Shown here piece after piece: positions 13,722 to 30,776 of a stretch of DNA of 64,000 nt. Position numbers and translations under genes: made by a program. Source of the DNA: Dictyostelium discoideum (Eukaryota). The notes under the pieces are model-generated. The model was not told the origin of the DNA, made no database searches, and worked only from the letters and a program-made list of their open reading frames with translations. The stretch spans positions 4,032,001 to 4,096,000 of the forward strand of contig CM000153.2 in assembly GCA_000004695.1 (NCBI GenBank), in the 5' to 3' direction. The first letter of the stretch is position 1; every line of letters begins with the position of its first letter.

Positions 13722-15579
13722 ATGGATAATGAAAAATTGTTTTGGTCAGTTTATCATAATATATTTATTAGAAGTTTAATATTTAGTTTCATTTCAAATG
13801 GAAGATTAGAATTTAGCGACGAAACATTTTTATTTGATAAATTAAATACCAAATTTTATATTGGTAATAGAAGAAAATTTAAATACATTAAAAAACTATC
13901 ATGGTTAATTAAAAGAAAACAATACAATTTAATTAAAGATAAAATTAAAGATTTAAATAGTGGTTTATTAATAACAAAGAAATCAATTTATTATTTAATT
14001 GAACAATTCAATAATAATAATAATTATAATAATAATAATATTAAAAATAATGATGATGAAATTAAGGACCAAATTGAAATATTTGAATTATTGTGTAAAT
14101 TTAGAAAGTTAGAATTAATGTCAGTCGATGTTGATTTAATTGAAATTTCAAGTTTAGTAAATAATTTAAATTCTTTAAAGGTATTTACAAAATTTGAAAT
14201 TCCAACAACAACTGTTTCAATGGATCATGCAATCACAAAATGTAATTTAGAATCGTTAGAATATTTATTATTAAATAGAAATGAAGGGTTTTCAATTAAT
14301 TTATTAAATGATATTTTAATGAATTCTAGTATACCTAAATTAGAAAGACTTTTAAATTTTTTATTAAATAATAATAATTGTAATTGTTGTAAAATTAATA
14401 TACCAATATCAGATATACTTAAACAACAATCTAAAATTCAAAAAGTTAAAGAGAATGAAGAAATTATAGATTGTCTTGAAAGTAAATGTGAAGGATCAAT
14501 TTTTTATAAATTTTTTAAAGGAAATAAAAATTTAATAAGTTTTCAAATATTTTTAATAGTTAGAAATGAAGAAATTCAAAATAAATTAATGGATTTTGAA
14601 CAGGTTGAAATAATAACATCAGTTAATAAAATTACTACATTATTTTCTCAATATGATATAATCACTCTAACTCAACCAATAAATCGTTATTTACATTTAC
14701 ATTTTTCAAATATTAAAATCATTGAAATTATTGATAAATATTTCATTTTAAATTTTAAAAATGCAATTGCTGATAAAAAAGCAACAAATCATTATTTTCC
14801 TAATCATGATTTTGTTACTTCTATAGCTCCAGTTCAACCAAAATTAGGATTTGTAGATGGTCAAAGAATACCAAAAATTGATAATAATTTACACTATACT
14901 ACATTCAATAAATTTAATAGTTACTATAATGATTATTTTTCACCAAGACATCAATCACATATTCAAACTAATAATAGATTAAATAAAAACAATAATAGTA
15001 TTGATGATGGTGGTGATCATAAAAATAAAATTTACTCTTTGAATGAAAATTATTTTATAAGAAGAAATTCATTAGTTACATTATTTAATTTAGGTGGTGT
15101 TAAAGAGGTTTTAGAAGCAATAAAAGAAAATCCAAAATATTATGAACTAAATTTTAACATTTCTTTAAGAGAGATGACTAAAATTATTAAATATTATGAG
15201 ATTGAAATTTCAATTCAACTGTTACCAAAATTTTTAGGCCAATCTACACAATATCCTTTTAGAAATACAATTTTAAATTTATTAAATTCATCCATAAAGA
15301 ATTCTAGAACTGATCAATTTGAATTATTATTAGCATTAGCAAAAGGTACAAAACTTGATCTTTATTCATCATATTCTGTTACTTTTTCACCTGTCAAAAA
15401 CATTATTCATCAATTATTAATTTCTGTTAAAAGAGGTGATATTAAAATGTATGAATATTTATTATCACTTGTATCAAATAATATTAAAAATCTTAATAAT
15501 GATCAAGAAGAAAATAAAATTAATAATATAATTATTAATAATATTGGTCAAGATGATAATAAAAATAATAATATGGATC

Positions 15580-15659
<80 letters not shown>

Positions 15660-15860
15660 GAATTAGTACAAAAATTAAGATTTAAAATTATTTCTCAAAC
15701 TTTAAAAAATGCAACTCAAGCGAATAATATTGTTTTATGTGAATTATTATTGTCAAATGAGTTATATAATATTTATATACCAAAAGATTTCGATTACTCA
15801 TTAATGACTAGTAAATTTAGAAATATTAATTTTTATAATTATTATATAAAAAAACAATAA
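13722..15860 (+). CDS. Hypothetical Asn/Gln-rich protein (712 aa) sharing its N-terminal motif with the FNIP-repeat family; polyQ tract
   Basis: A single ATG ORF. The N-terminus (EKLFWSVYHNIFIRSLIFSFI) parallels the N-terminus of the neighbouring FNIP-repeat gene (LLFKRVWGNIIIRNEILFHLKLF). It contains a 29-residue polyQ (15586-15657) and Asn runs, but no FNIP repeats. Confidence 0.5.
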
Positions 15861-16099
15861 ATAGTAATTTTATTTATTTTCCGTACAAGAAAATAAATTA
15901 AAAGGAAATTTCTGAAAAATAAGATATTTTTATATTTTCTCATGCAATTCCCAAAATACTTTTTTTTGTTTTGTTGTGGTTTTTTTTTTTTTTTTTTTCA
16001 TTTTTTATTATTTTTTATTATTTTTTTTATTTTAATTGCAAGACAACTAAATGATTTTTTATAATCAATTACACGCAACCACACATATTAATTTAAATT

Positions 16100-16447
16100 A
16101 TGGAAAAAAAATTTTTAGAATATTTAGTAAATAATAGTGAAAAGGACATAACCTTATTAGAAACACTTTTAACTTTATCTTTAAATGGTGTATACATTTC
16201 ATCAAAAACTTTAATAAATTTCATTAATGATGAAAATATTATTTCACAAAATTTAAATGAATATCAAATTGAATCATTAAATAATTTTAAAAAATATAAA
16301 TTAATAAATTATAAGGAAAATATTAAAAATGAAATAATTGAAAATAATAATAATAATAATAATCACAGTAATAATTATAAAATAAATCTCATGATTTCTT
16401 TAATAATTGAAAGAAATAATACATTTATAGGTAAAATCAATAAAATC

Positions 16448-16526
<79 letters not shown>

Positions 16527-16798
16527 TAATTGATAAAAATTATTTATTATTTAAAAGAGTTTGGGGAAATATTATAATTAGAAATGAAATTTTATTTCAT
16601 TTAAAATTATTTAATATTCATAAAAATACAGTTTTAGTAAATAATAAAAATAAACTTTACAATTATAAATACAAGAGTTATTTAAATTCAATTATAATTA
16701 GAGATGATGGTAAAAATGATATTGATTATGATAAAATTAATTTTGATTCAAAAACAGGTAAAAAAATAATAAATGATGAAGAAAATGAAGAAAATGAA

Positions 16799-16858
<60 letters not shown>

Positions 16859-18106
16859 TTTGATTATATTGATAATGAATATTATGAATTTCCAAATAAT
16901 TTAACAAAGATTGAAATTCAATTAAATACTAATAAATTGAAATTACCACAATCAATTACTAGTATTAAATTTGGTGATATTTTTAATCAATCGTTAGATG
17001 GTGGTTGGATACCAATAGGTTTGGAACATATTGAATTTGGAGAAGATTTTCAACAACCAATTAGAGTTGGACATTTACCACAATCTTTGAAATCAATAAT
17101 CTTTGATGAAGATTATAGAGGTGAGATTGAATTTGGTGCAATATCATCAAACTCTATTGAAAATGGTGTATTAATATCAAATTCAAGATCACCATTATCA
17201 TTATCACAATTTCATCATAAATTTATTTCAATGCAAAATAGAAGAACAATTGAAGGATATAGAATACCAAATTATGTAAATTCATTAGAGTTTGATGATT
17301 ACTTTAATCAAGATTTTAGAGTTGGTGATTTACCAAATAACATTTGTGTTTGTTTAAAGTTTGGATATGAATTTAATAGTATCATTGAGAGGAATACATT
17401 GCCAATGTTTTTAAAGGAACTGAAATTTGGTAGTGGGTTTAATAAAGAGATTGGTGTTGGTGTTTTACCATTAACTTTGGAATCACTTGAATTTGGTTAC
17501 TCATTCAATCAGAAACTATCATCACTTAATTTACCAAAATCTTTAAAATACTTGACATTAGGTTCATCATGGAGACAAACAGTGGATTTTAGTCAAACAA
17601 ATTTAATCTCAATCAAATTTTCAGAAAGTATTTATGCCTTAACATTAAAAGATGATATTGGTGGTGGTGGTAGCAATTCATTTCCACCAACACTAACATC
17701 TTTGACATTGGGTGTATATTCTCATCAAACTAATTCAAATTTATTTCCACAATCTTTAATTCATTTAACAATTGGTCGTACTTTAAATAATTCAACATTT
17801 GATTTATATGATACAAACATTACCACCCTAACACTTGGTAATTATTTCAGTAATCCAGTTTTACCAAAGAATTTGAAACATTTAATTATAAAATCAATTC
17901 GAAAATCTGATTTATCAAGCTCAACCCTACCTCAAACATTAGAATCAATCCATATTTTAAAAACAACTCCAAAATTATCTTTTAAAAATCTTCCTCAATC
18001 TATAAAAAATATTTATTGTAATGATTTAAATCTTTTAAATTCTGCTCCTCTCAAATTTTTTTTAAAATATTTCAATTTGTTTGATCAAAAATATGAAAGT
18101 AATTGA
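16100..18106 (+). CDS. FNIP repeat-containing protein (668 aa)
   Basis: A single ATG ORF. Its C-terminal half is built of about 10 tandem FNIP-type repeats (IKFGDIFNQSL…IEFGEDFQQPI…LPQSLKSIIFDEDYRGEIEFG…LEFDDYFNQDF…LKFGYEFNSII…LKFGSGFNKEIGVGVLPLTLESLEFGYSFNQKL…LPKSLKYLTLG), a family I know only from dictyostelids. The N-terminal half has poly-Asn tracts. Confidence 0.7.
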
Positions 18107-18756
18107 AATAAAAAAAAAAAAATATATGAAATCTGCAAATTAAAAATAAAATATGAAATCTGCAAATGAAAAAAAAAAAAAAAAAAAAAATTTTGTTTGC
18201 ATGTTATTTTTATTTGTTTTTTTTTTTTTATTTTTTTTTTTTTTTTTTTTTTAAATCTATAAAATTATTTTTTTATTATTATTATTAAATAATTATTATT
18301 TATATTTTAAAAAAATTATTACTAAAAAAATTATCTATTTTGGTATTAACAATTTTTTTTTTTTTTTTTTTAAATTAAAAAAGGTGAATATTATTATTTT
18401 AATAAGACTTTTTTTTTTGAACAAAAAAATGCCATTTTTCAAAAATCAATTAATGATATTTTTTTTTAAATTTTTTTTTTTTTTTTTTATTTTTTTTTTT
18501 TTTTTTTATTTTTTTTTTTGGAATTTTTGGTTTTTTTTTTTTTTTTAGTGTGTGTATTGTTATTATTTGTATATAGGTGTAAATTATTAAATAACTCAAA
18601 TAACATTTATCTTTTTATAGGTTTTATAATTTTTTTTTTTTAAAATTTTTTTAAATTTTTTTTTTTTAATATAATAGTTTGTGTGGTTAATAATCCATTC
18701 ATATTCTTTGTTTTATTATATTAAATAATTATTTTATTTTTTTTTTTTTTATTTTT

Positions 18757-18793
<37 letters not shown>

Positions 18794-18888
18794 CACTTGT
18801 ACATGACAATATTTCTTTAATTTTTTTTTTTTTTATGTTATGCGGACATACAAACATATTTTATAATAAAGTATAGCAATAAACAATA

Positions 18889-18981
<93 letters not shown>

Positions 18982-19044
18982 TAAAAAAATATATATAATA
19001 TTATAATAATAAATAATTATAATAATAAATAAATAAATAAATAA

Positions 19045-23036
<3,992 letters not shown>

Positions 23037-23352
23037 AAAAAAAAAAAAAAAAAAAAAAAATTATAATTAAAAAAGTATGAAAATAAAAACCTAAATGAAG
23101 CATTAAAAAAAAAAATAAAAAATAAATACTGTTTTTTTAATCTTTTTATTATAACCTTTTTCAGAGTCACGAAAGATATTCTCTTTGTATGTACACACAA
23201 AAAAATATTTACATTGTTGGTTGTTATTTTCCCAAATTTTATAAATTTGTAAAAAAAAAAAAAAGATTAATATTTTTTTGATCATTGGGTTGTTCAACTG
23301 GATTTAGATTCAAATATAGATGAAATTGGGTTAGTTTATAATATATTTTTTA

Positions 23353-23829
23353 TTAATTAAAACATCTTTGACCAGCAGATGGATTATAACAAGTATTTCC
23401 ACATGCTTGGTAACCAAATGAACAAATTACACCACCTGGATAACATTTTTGACCTGATGATGGACTATAACAAGATCTACCACATGCCTCATAACCAAAT
23501 GAACAAATTATACCACCTGGATAACATTTTTGACCTGACGATGGACTATAACAAGAATTACCACATGCTTGATAACCAAATGAACAAATTACACCACCTG
23601 GATTACATTTTTGACCCGATGATGGACTATAGCAATTATTTCCACATGCTTCATAACCAAATGAGCAAACTACACCACCTGGATAGCATTTTTGGCCTGA
23701 TGATGGACTATAGCAGTTATTTCCACAAGCTTGATAACCAAATGAACAAACTACATCACTTGCACTTTCAACATTTTTTAAAAAAAATAAAATGCCAAAT
23801 AAAAAAAATAAAATTGAAATTAATTTCAT
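23353..23829 (-). CDS. Secreted cysteine-rich protein (158 aa) made of six tandem 27-aa modules CSFGY[QE]ACGN[NST]CY[SN]PS[SA]GQ[KR]C[YN]PGG[VI][VI]
   Basis: A single ATG ORF. Its N-terminal signal peptide is MKLISILFFLFGILFFLKNVESA. Six near-identical 81-bp/27-aa units carry 4 Cys each (24 Cys total) with conserved spacing C-x7-C-x3-C-x8-C. Module identity is also high at the DNA level. The overlapping plus-strand ORF 23379..23864 is an antisense shadow. Confidence 0.7.
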   Translation of the reverse strand: MKLISILFFLFGILFFLKNVESASDVVCSFGYQACGNNCYSPSSGQKCYPGGVVCSFGYEACGNNCYSPSSGQKCNPGGVICSFGYQACGNSCYSPSSGQKCYPGGIICSFGYEACGRSCYSPSSGQKCYPGGVICSFGYQACGNTCYNPSAGQRCFN

Positions 23830-24337
23830 TATTAATAATTGTTATCACACTGTTTTTCAAATAAAAAAAAATTTTAATTTATACTTTTTGTTTTTTTTTA
23901 ATATGTAAAATTCAACAACTACAACAACAAAAGTTAATAATAATATTATTTATTTATGTTCATTCGTGTAAAAAATATAGTGGCTATTAATTTAATAAAT
24001 TTTAAGAAATAAAGATTTCAAGATTTTTTTAAAATTTTTTTAAATTTTTTTATCATCTGATAATTGATATTTATTTGTTTTTGATTTTTGAATTTTTAAT
24101 GTCGATTGGATTTAGTATTGTATCATTTTAATATAATTCATTTAATAATAATGAATGACCATATGAAAAAAATTATTTATATTATTATTTAGACTATTAT
24201 TTAAACTGTTTTTATCATTATTATGACTATTTTTTTCAACACTACTATTTTTATTATTTTCATTTTTAATTTCATTTTTCGGAGTCATGAGATATTTTAG
24301 ATATTTTTAAAAATAATTTTTTTATTTTTTTAAATAT

Positions 24338-24445
24338 TTTCGGGAAAAAAAAAAAATATTTAATATTTTCGGGAAAAAAAAAAAAATATTTAATATTTTC
24401 GGGAAAAAAAAAAAAAAATTATCACACACCCAACCACAATAAAAA
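24338..24445 (+). promoter_or_regulatory. Proximal promoter of the PLB-like gene: three direct repeats of atatttaatattttcgggaaaaaaaaaaaa, then a C/A-rich box cacacacccaaccaca 10 nt upstream of the ATG
   Basis: The repeat is seen at 24340-24368, 24369-24398 and 24399-24425. The CA/C-rich box resembles Dictyostelium G-box/CAE elements (GBF targets) on the opposite strand. That assignment is an inference. Confidence 0.4.
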
Positions 24446-26081
24446 ATGAATAAAATTATAATTTTAATTTCTTTATTTTTAAATTTTTTATTTGGTTATG
24501 TTGTTTGTTTAAATGAAAATAATCAAAAATCACAAAACTTAATAATACCAACATATTCAATTAAATTAAAATCTGATGGTGAATATTTGGTTTATTCTGG
24601 AAATGATACATTATCAATTGCACAAGCATCATATACAAATGAAATGATGTCAATTGGATGGGGTTACATTTCAATCACTACCAATCCAAAATATAATGAT
24701 TCATTACAAATTGAAGCAGCAGGTTATCTTGAAGGTTATTTATCATATGAAATGATTTGGCAAAATTGGAATAATATGATGGTTAATCAAAATGCTAATA
24801 ATTCATTTGGAAATGATATAATTAGTTGGGCAAAAGAGAATATTTTATATATGAATCAACAAATCCAATTAAATCAAAATGATCCATATTGGATAAATGT
24901 TAATTTAGTATTACAACAATTAAATGGTTTAACCAATGGATATAGTGACGCAAATCAAAATCCAGATCGTCAATTATCATTAATGGATTTTATACTTTTA
25001 AATATGAATGTTGAAATTTATGATATTATGAATTCTTTAAAGAATAATTCATCATCATTTTATCAACAACCTAATAATAATAGTTTTGATAATAATCAAC
25101 ATTGCTCAGCATTAATTAAATTAACAGATGATTTAACAGAATTATATACAGGTCATACTACATGGAGTGATTATTATCAAATGGTTAGAATGATTAAATC
25201 ATATAATTTCAGATTTTCAAAATTAGTAGCTGCAAAATCAAATACTACAATGTTTTCAGGTTATCCTGGAGTATTGATGAGTGTTGATGATTTTTATATG
25301 TTGGATTCGAAATTGGTTGTTTTGGAAACTACAAATGGAATAAAAGATAATGATAGTGAGTTATTCAAACTTATTAAACCACAATCAGTTTTAACTTGGA
25401 TTAGAATTATAGTAACCAATCGTATTGCTCATAGTGGAAAATCATGGTGTGAAATATTTGAAAAAGAAAATAGTGGTACCTATAATAATCAATGGATGAT
25501 AGTTGATTACAATAAGTTTATAAAAGGTGTTAGAGTTCAAGATGGTACACTTTACGTTTTTGAGCAATTACCAGGCTATGTTGAATATGCTGACGTAACT
25601 AATATTTTACGTACTGGTTATTGGCCAAGTTTTAATGTCCCTTACTTTGAAACAATTTCTAATATGTCTGGATTTAATTATCAATCATCATCAAGTGATA
25701 GTAGTAGTAGTAGTGGTAGTATAGCATATGAACAATATCCTCGTTCACAAATTTTTAGACGTGATTCAAATAAAGTTTATTCAATTTCAGATTTTCAAGC
25801 ATTTATGAGATATAATGATTTTCAAAATGATCCTTTGGCATATGGTGATCCAGGTAATCAAATTTCAAGTCGGTTTGATCTTATTACTCCTCAAAATAAT
25901 GCTTCCGCTGCTGGTGGTATAGATTCTAAAGTAACCTCTTTGGAACTAATTAATCAATTTTTAATGATAGCTCAATCTGGCCCAACTCATGATCAAGAAC
26001 CACCATTTTCTTGGTCTTCTGAAAACTGGAAAAATAAATATCCAACAATAGGACAACCTGATACATTTGATTTTGGTATGT

Positions 26082-26173
<92 letters not shown>

Positions 26174-26204
26174 TATAAAAAAATAATAATAATACTAATG
26201 TTTA

Positions 26205-26239
<35 letters not shown>

Positions 26240-26334
26240 AATAATAATAATAATAATAATAATAAAAAGAATGGGTAACATTTTCAACAACATCATTTGG
26301 ATCATTTCCATCAGCATCAAATGAAAAAAAGTAA
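24446..26334 (+). CDS. Phospholipase B-like protein (PLBD / laminin A family), probably two exons: 24446..26075 and 26270..26334; the 3' end is uncertain
   Basis: The signal peptide is MNKIIILISLFLNFLFGYVVC. The body has PLB-like family features: (D/S)GEYLVYSG, IEAAGYLEGYLS, the TGHTTWSDY core, and YNNQWMIVDY. Exon 1 ends at G|GTATGT in phase 1 (26075). The intron carries an (AAT)n tract. The candidate acceptor aaaaag (26269) gives a phase-consistent terminal exon, …DTFDFEWVTFSTTSFGSFPSASNEKK*. However, the putative stop overlaps a canonical GTAAGT (26331-26336), so a further 3' exon cannot be excluded. Confidence 0.65.
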
Positions 26335-26407
26335 GTAAATTATTTACTTTAATTGTTTTTTGTTTTTGGGAAAATAAAAATAAAAAATAAAAAATAAAAA
26401 ATAAAAA

Positions 26408-26438
<31 letters not shown>

Positions 26439-26829
26439 AATAAAAATAATTTTATTATTAAATTTTTAAGTTGAATTTTAATTTGAACATTATTTTTTTT
26501 TTATTTTTTTTTATTTTTTATTTTTTTTTTTTTTTAATCTACCACCATGTTTTTTTTTTTTTTTTTTTTAATTTAGTTATTAGAATAATATTTTCACTTT
26601 TTGGTTTTTTGGGAACATTTGAGTTTTTTCATTTAATTAATTTTAAATAAAATTAAAATAAAAATAAAAAACAAAATATTTATAAATAATAAAAAAAAAA
26701 AAAAATAAAAAAAAAAGAAAAAGGAAAAAAAAAAAAAAAAAACACACACCAGAAAACCATCTTTTCTTCTGATTATGTATAGATCAACATTATTTTTATC
26801 TGCATCATCACTATCACCATTATCAATAA

Positions 26830-26862
<33 letters not shown>

Positions 26863-27032
26863 TGAGATTTTGAAAATTTAGATAAGAAGAATAAAAATAG
26901 TGATCCATATAAGTATTTGGTGTGCTCACACTATTTTTTTTTTTTTTTTTTTTTTTTTTCCTTTTTGGGTTATAAATTCAATAATTTTTTTTTTTTCTAT
27001 GTATAAAAAAAAATTTTTCCAACATAACATTT

Positions 27033-27075
<43 letters not shown>

Positions 27076-27404
27076 ATAGTGTTGGGTGTGTTTTATAAAT
27101 TTGCAACATGAAACATATAAAAAATAATATTTTTCATTAATTTTTTTTTTCACATATTGTATGATATAAAATAAAGGAAAAAAAGTAAAAAAATAACACA
27201 AAAGCACACAGTAACACTTTTTTTTTTTTTTTGAGATTACAAAAATAGATGTAAAAAAAAAAAAAAGAAAAAAAAACATAAAAAAAAAAACAAAACATTG
27301 ATGTGAGTGTGTGGGTGTGGGATCCAATAATAAACATAAGTTGTGAACAAAAATAATAATAATAATAATAATATTAATATATTATTAAAAAAAAAAAAAT
27401 TAAA

Positions 27405-27437
<33 letters not shown>

Positions 27438-27550
27438 ATTTTTTTTAAAAAAAAAAAAAATTATTATTATTATTACCAAAATTAAAATTAAAATTAAAAT
27501 ATTTTAAATTTAAAAAACCAATTTTTTAAAAAAAAATATTAATTTTAATA

Positions 27551-27590
27551 GGGGGGGGGAGAAAAAAAGTAATAATTTTCCCCCCCCCAA
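27551..27590. repeat. G9 ... C8 homopolymer pair forming a perfect GC hairpin (ggggggggg agaaaaaaagtaataatttt cccccccc)
   Basis: Seen directly. G/C homopolymers of 8 or more are essentially absent elsewhere in this 64 kb window. The two runs are inverted complements 20 nt apart. Confidence 0.7.
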
Positions 27591-27759
27591 ATTTTTCCCC
27601 TTTTAAAATTCCCTTAAAAAATTTAATTTAAAACCTCAAAAAAAAAAAAAAAAAAAAAAATTTTAAATAGAATAAAATAAAATAAAATAAGGAATAGAAG
27701 TAATATATTAGTGTAATTCCAAAATATTACTCTACTTTTTACTCCCCTATCACTATTTT

Positions 27760-27818
<59 letters not shown>

Positions 27819-28376
27819 TAAAAATAAAAATACAATTTATTTTTAAACTATTTTTATATCTCACATATCTGTTTTTTTCCTTTTCTTAATCCTCCAACAA
27901 AAATAAAAATAAAAAATAATAATAATAATAATTTTGTTTTTTGAAATATCCATATTAATATAATTATATAGAATTTAATAAAAAAAAAAAATCATATTGT
28001 TGGTTTAATTTATTTAAGATAAAAAAAAAAAATTTTAAAAAATATTAAATTAAATATTTTTTTTCCTTTTCTATATTTTATTATTATAATACATATAATT
28101 TTATCGTTACATAAGTAAAAAAAAATAATAATAATAATAATAAAAATAATAATATTAATTTTATTATATTTATTTTTTATTTTTTATTTTTTTTTGGTAA
28201 TTATTTGAATTTTTTTTTTTTTTTTATTAGGTTTTTTTTTTTTTATAAAATTTATTATTTTTTAATAATAATAAAAAAAATAATAATAATAACACAACTA
28301 AATTATTTATTAATTAATAATTGTATAGATATAAAAGAAAAAAATTTTTTAAAAAAAAAAAAACCAATAAAAGAAA

Positions 28377-29453
28377 ATGATTGATATCTTACCAAAAGAA
28401 ATCAACTCAATTAAAGATAGAAAAAAAAAGAAAAGAGAAAGAAGAAGAATTGTTGATGTTCAAATTACTAATGGAATAAATTCAACATCAAATCTTTGCA
28501 CAAATAATCAAACAGTTTCAAGCTTTTTACCTGTAATAATTGATCAACAATTTAAATCAAATAATAATAATAATATCAATAATATTAATAATAATAGGAG
28601 CTCATTAAAAATCAATATAAATAATATAATAAATACAAAAAAAGAAGAAATAGTTGAAAGTTCAAATAATTTTGATTCTACAACAAATGTAGAAAATTGT
28701 TCTTCTTCTTCTTCATCTTCATCATCAACAACAACAATTGATGATTGTATTAATTATAATAATATTAGTAATAAAAATAATAATAAAATATATAAACAAG
28801 ATCAATTAATATTTAGAATGGAAGTAGACGGAGGTCTTAATGAAGATGATATTTATCATGGTAAAAAAATGAATAAAAATAAAAATATAGAAGAATCTAT
28901 TGAAATAGGGATGATGAATGAAGAAAATAATGAAGTTAGTTCATATGAATATATGGATATTGATAATAATAGTTGGTATAGTGGTGATCCATTTGTTTCG
29001 GAAGTTTTAAAGGATGAAAAGGAAACATTGGGATTAATTGAAAAGAAGAGATTAGAATTAGAATCTGTTGAACGTACCATTTCAACCTTAAGAGAAGCAA
29101 AAGATTCAATTTTAAAAGATATAATGATAAAAACTCAATTTTTAAAAAGTGTTCAAAGAAAAAAAGAAGATCAAATTAAAACCATAACCAATAGTTATCA
29201 TTCAATTGCAACAAAATATAATCTTTCACAAATTGAATCACGTTCATTAACATTAATCTTACCAGAAGAAGTGATGTTACATATTTTAAAATTTTTATCA
29301 CCAATTGATCTTTGTAGAGGTGTTTGTAGAGTTAGCTTAAAATGGAGATCATTGGCTTTTGATATTAGTCTTTGGAGAGATCTTTGTTTACAAAGAAGAT
29401 TACTCGATGGTTCAAATTATGGTTATTTCCCTCTAATTGATAATCAATTAACA

Positions 29454-29531
<78 letters not shown>

Positions 29532-30677
29532 TTATTATTAGAATCTGAATCATTGTCAAATTCAAATAGTTCAATTGGTTCATCATGTTCAACTTATTCC
29601 TCCACTTCTTCTTCTTCCTCAAAACCTTTATATGGCGATAATTGGTACGTTGGTGAATTTAGAAAAGATAATAATTGGAGAAAAGGTAAATATAGTACAA
29701 CTATTATTAGAGGCCATAAAGAGATTGTATGGAGTTTATTATTTGAATCCGATTCAAATACATTAATTAGTGGTAGTGAAGATATGACAGTAAAGGTTTG
29801 GGATTGTAATGGAATAGGATCAGGCGGTAACAATAACGGTATTGGTCAGTATCAAGATGATATTGAAGATAGTAAAAAACGTTGTAAGAAAACATTAACT
29901 GGTCATAAAAATGGTACCATTTGTTTAGGTAGTACTCCAACTAGATTAGTTAGTGGTAGTGCTGATGGTAGCTTAAAAATATGGGATCGTCAAGAGGGTA
30001 ATTGTTTGGAAACTATTCAAACCCATAGTTCTGTTTGGTGTTTACAAATAATGGGTAATCAATTAATTTGTGGTTGTGTTGATGGTACCATGAAAGTATT
30101 TGATCTCAATACTTCTGGTTGTGTACGTACAATGAGAGGTCATACAGCTCCAGTAAGATGTTTACAAAGTGTCAATCATAATGGTCAAGAGTTAATAGTT
30201 TCTGGCTCCTACGATAAAAGTATTAAAATTTGGGATATGAATGGTACTTGTGTAAATACAATTCGAGCTCATACCCATAAAATAAATTGTTTACAATATG
30301 AAAATGGTCAATTAGTAAGTGGTAGTCATGATAGTTTATTAAAGGTAAGTTTTTTTTTTTTTTTTATTTATTTTATTTAATAAAAATTTAGAATATTAAC
30401 ACAATTATATTTTTTTTTATATCAGATTTGGGATATGAATGGCGGTTTAATACATACATTACAAGGTCATGATAATATGATTCATTGTTTACAATTTAAA
30501 GGAAATAAACTATTAAGTGGTTCAACCGATAGTACCATAAGACTTTGGGATTTAAAAACTGGCTCACATATAAATACTATAAAGGGGCAATCCGCAGTGT
30601 GTTGCCTAAAATTTAATGATTCAAAATTAATTACTGGTTATGAAGATAGTTCAATTAAAATATTTGACTTTTCTTAA
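28377..30677 (+). CDS. F-box/WD40-repeat protein (Fbw7/beta-TrCP-like SCF substrate adaptor), two exons: 28377..30344 and 30426..30677
   Basis: An Asn/Ser-rich N-terminus is followed by a coiled-coil (LGLIEKKRLELESVERTISTLREAKDSILKD). The F-box reads LPEEVMLHILKFLSPIDLCRGVCRVSLKWRSLAFDISLWRDLC. Seven or eight WD40 repeats follow (GHKEIVWSLLF…SGSEDMTVKVWD; GHKNGTICL…SGSADGSLKIWD; …GHTAPVRCLQ…SGSYDKSIKIWD; …SGSHDSLLK|IWD…GHDNMIHCLQ…SGSTDSTIRLWD…). One repeat is split by the 81-nt intron (AAG|GTAAGT … atcag|ATT, phase 0/0). Confidence 0.75.
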
Positions 30678-30702
30678 CTTCAAAAAAAAAGAAAAAACAA
30701 AT

Positions 30703-30776
<74 letters not shown>

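Noticed and set aside
23379-23864. 161-aa plus-strand ORF with repeated MDYNK…HHLD units
   Set aside because: It is the antisense shadow of the tandem Cys-rich repeat gene. Its periodicity is inherited from the 81-bp repeat. The minus strand has a signal peptide and a coherent Cys pattern.
26633-27479. Several 66-133 aa minus-strand ORFs (26633..26929, 26926..27327, 27137..27337, 27237..27479)
   Set aside because: They are dominated by poly-Phe/poly-Lys from T/A homopolymers. Only the first 60 aa of 26633..26929 (MSTPNTYMDHYFYSSYLNFQNLT…VIDNGDSDDADKNNVDLYIIRRKDGFL) look protein-like. That is too weak to call.
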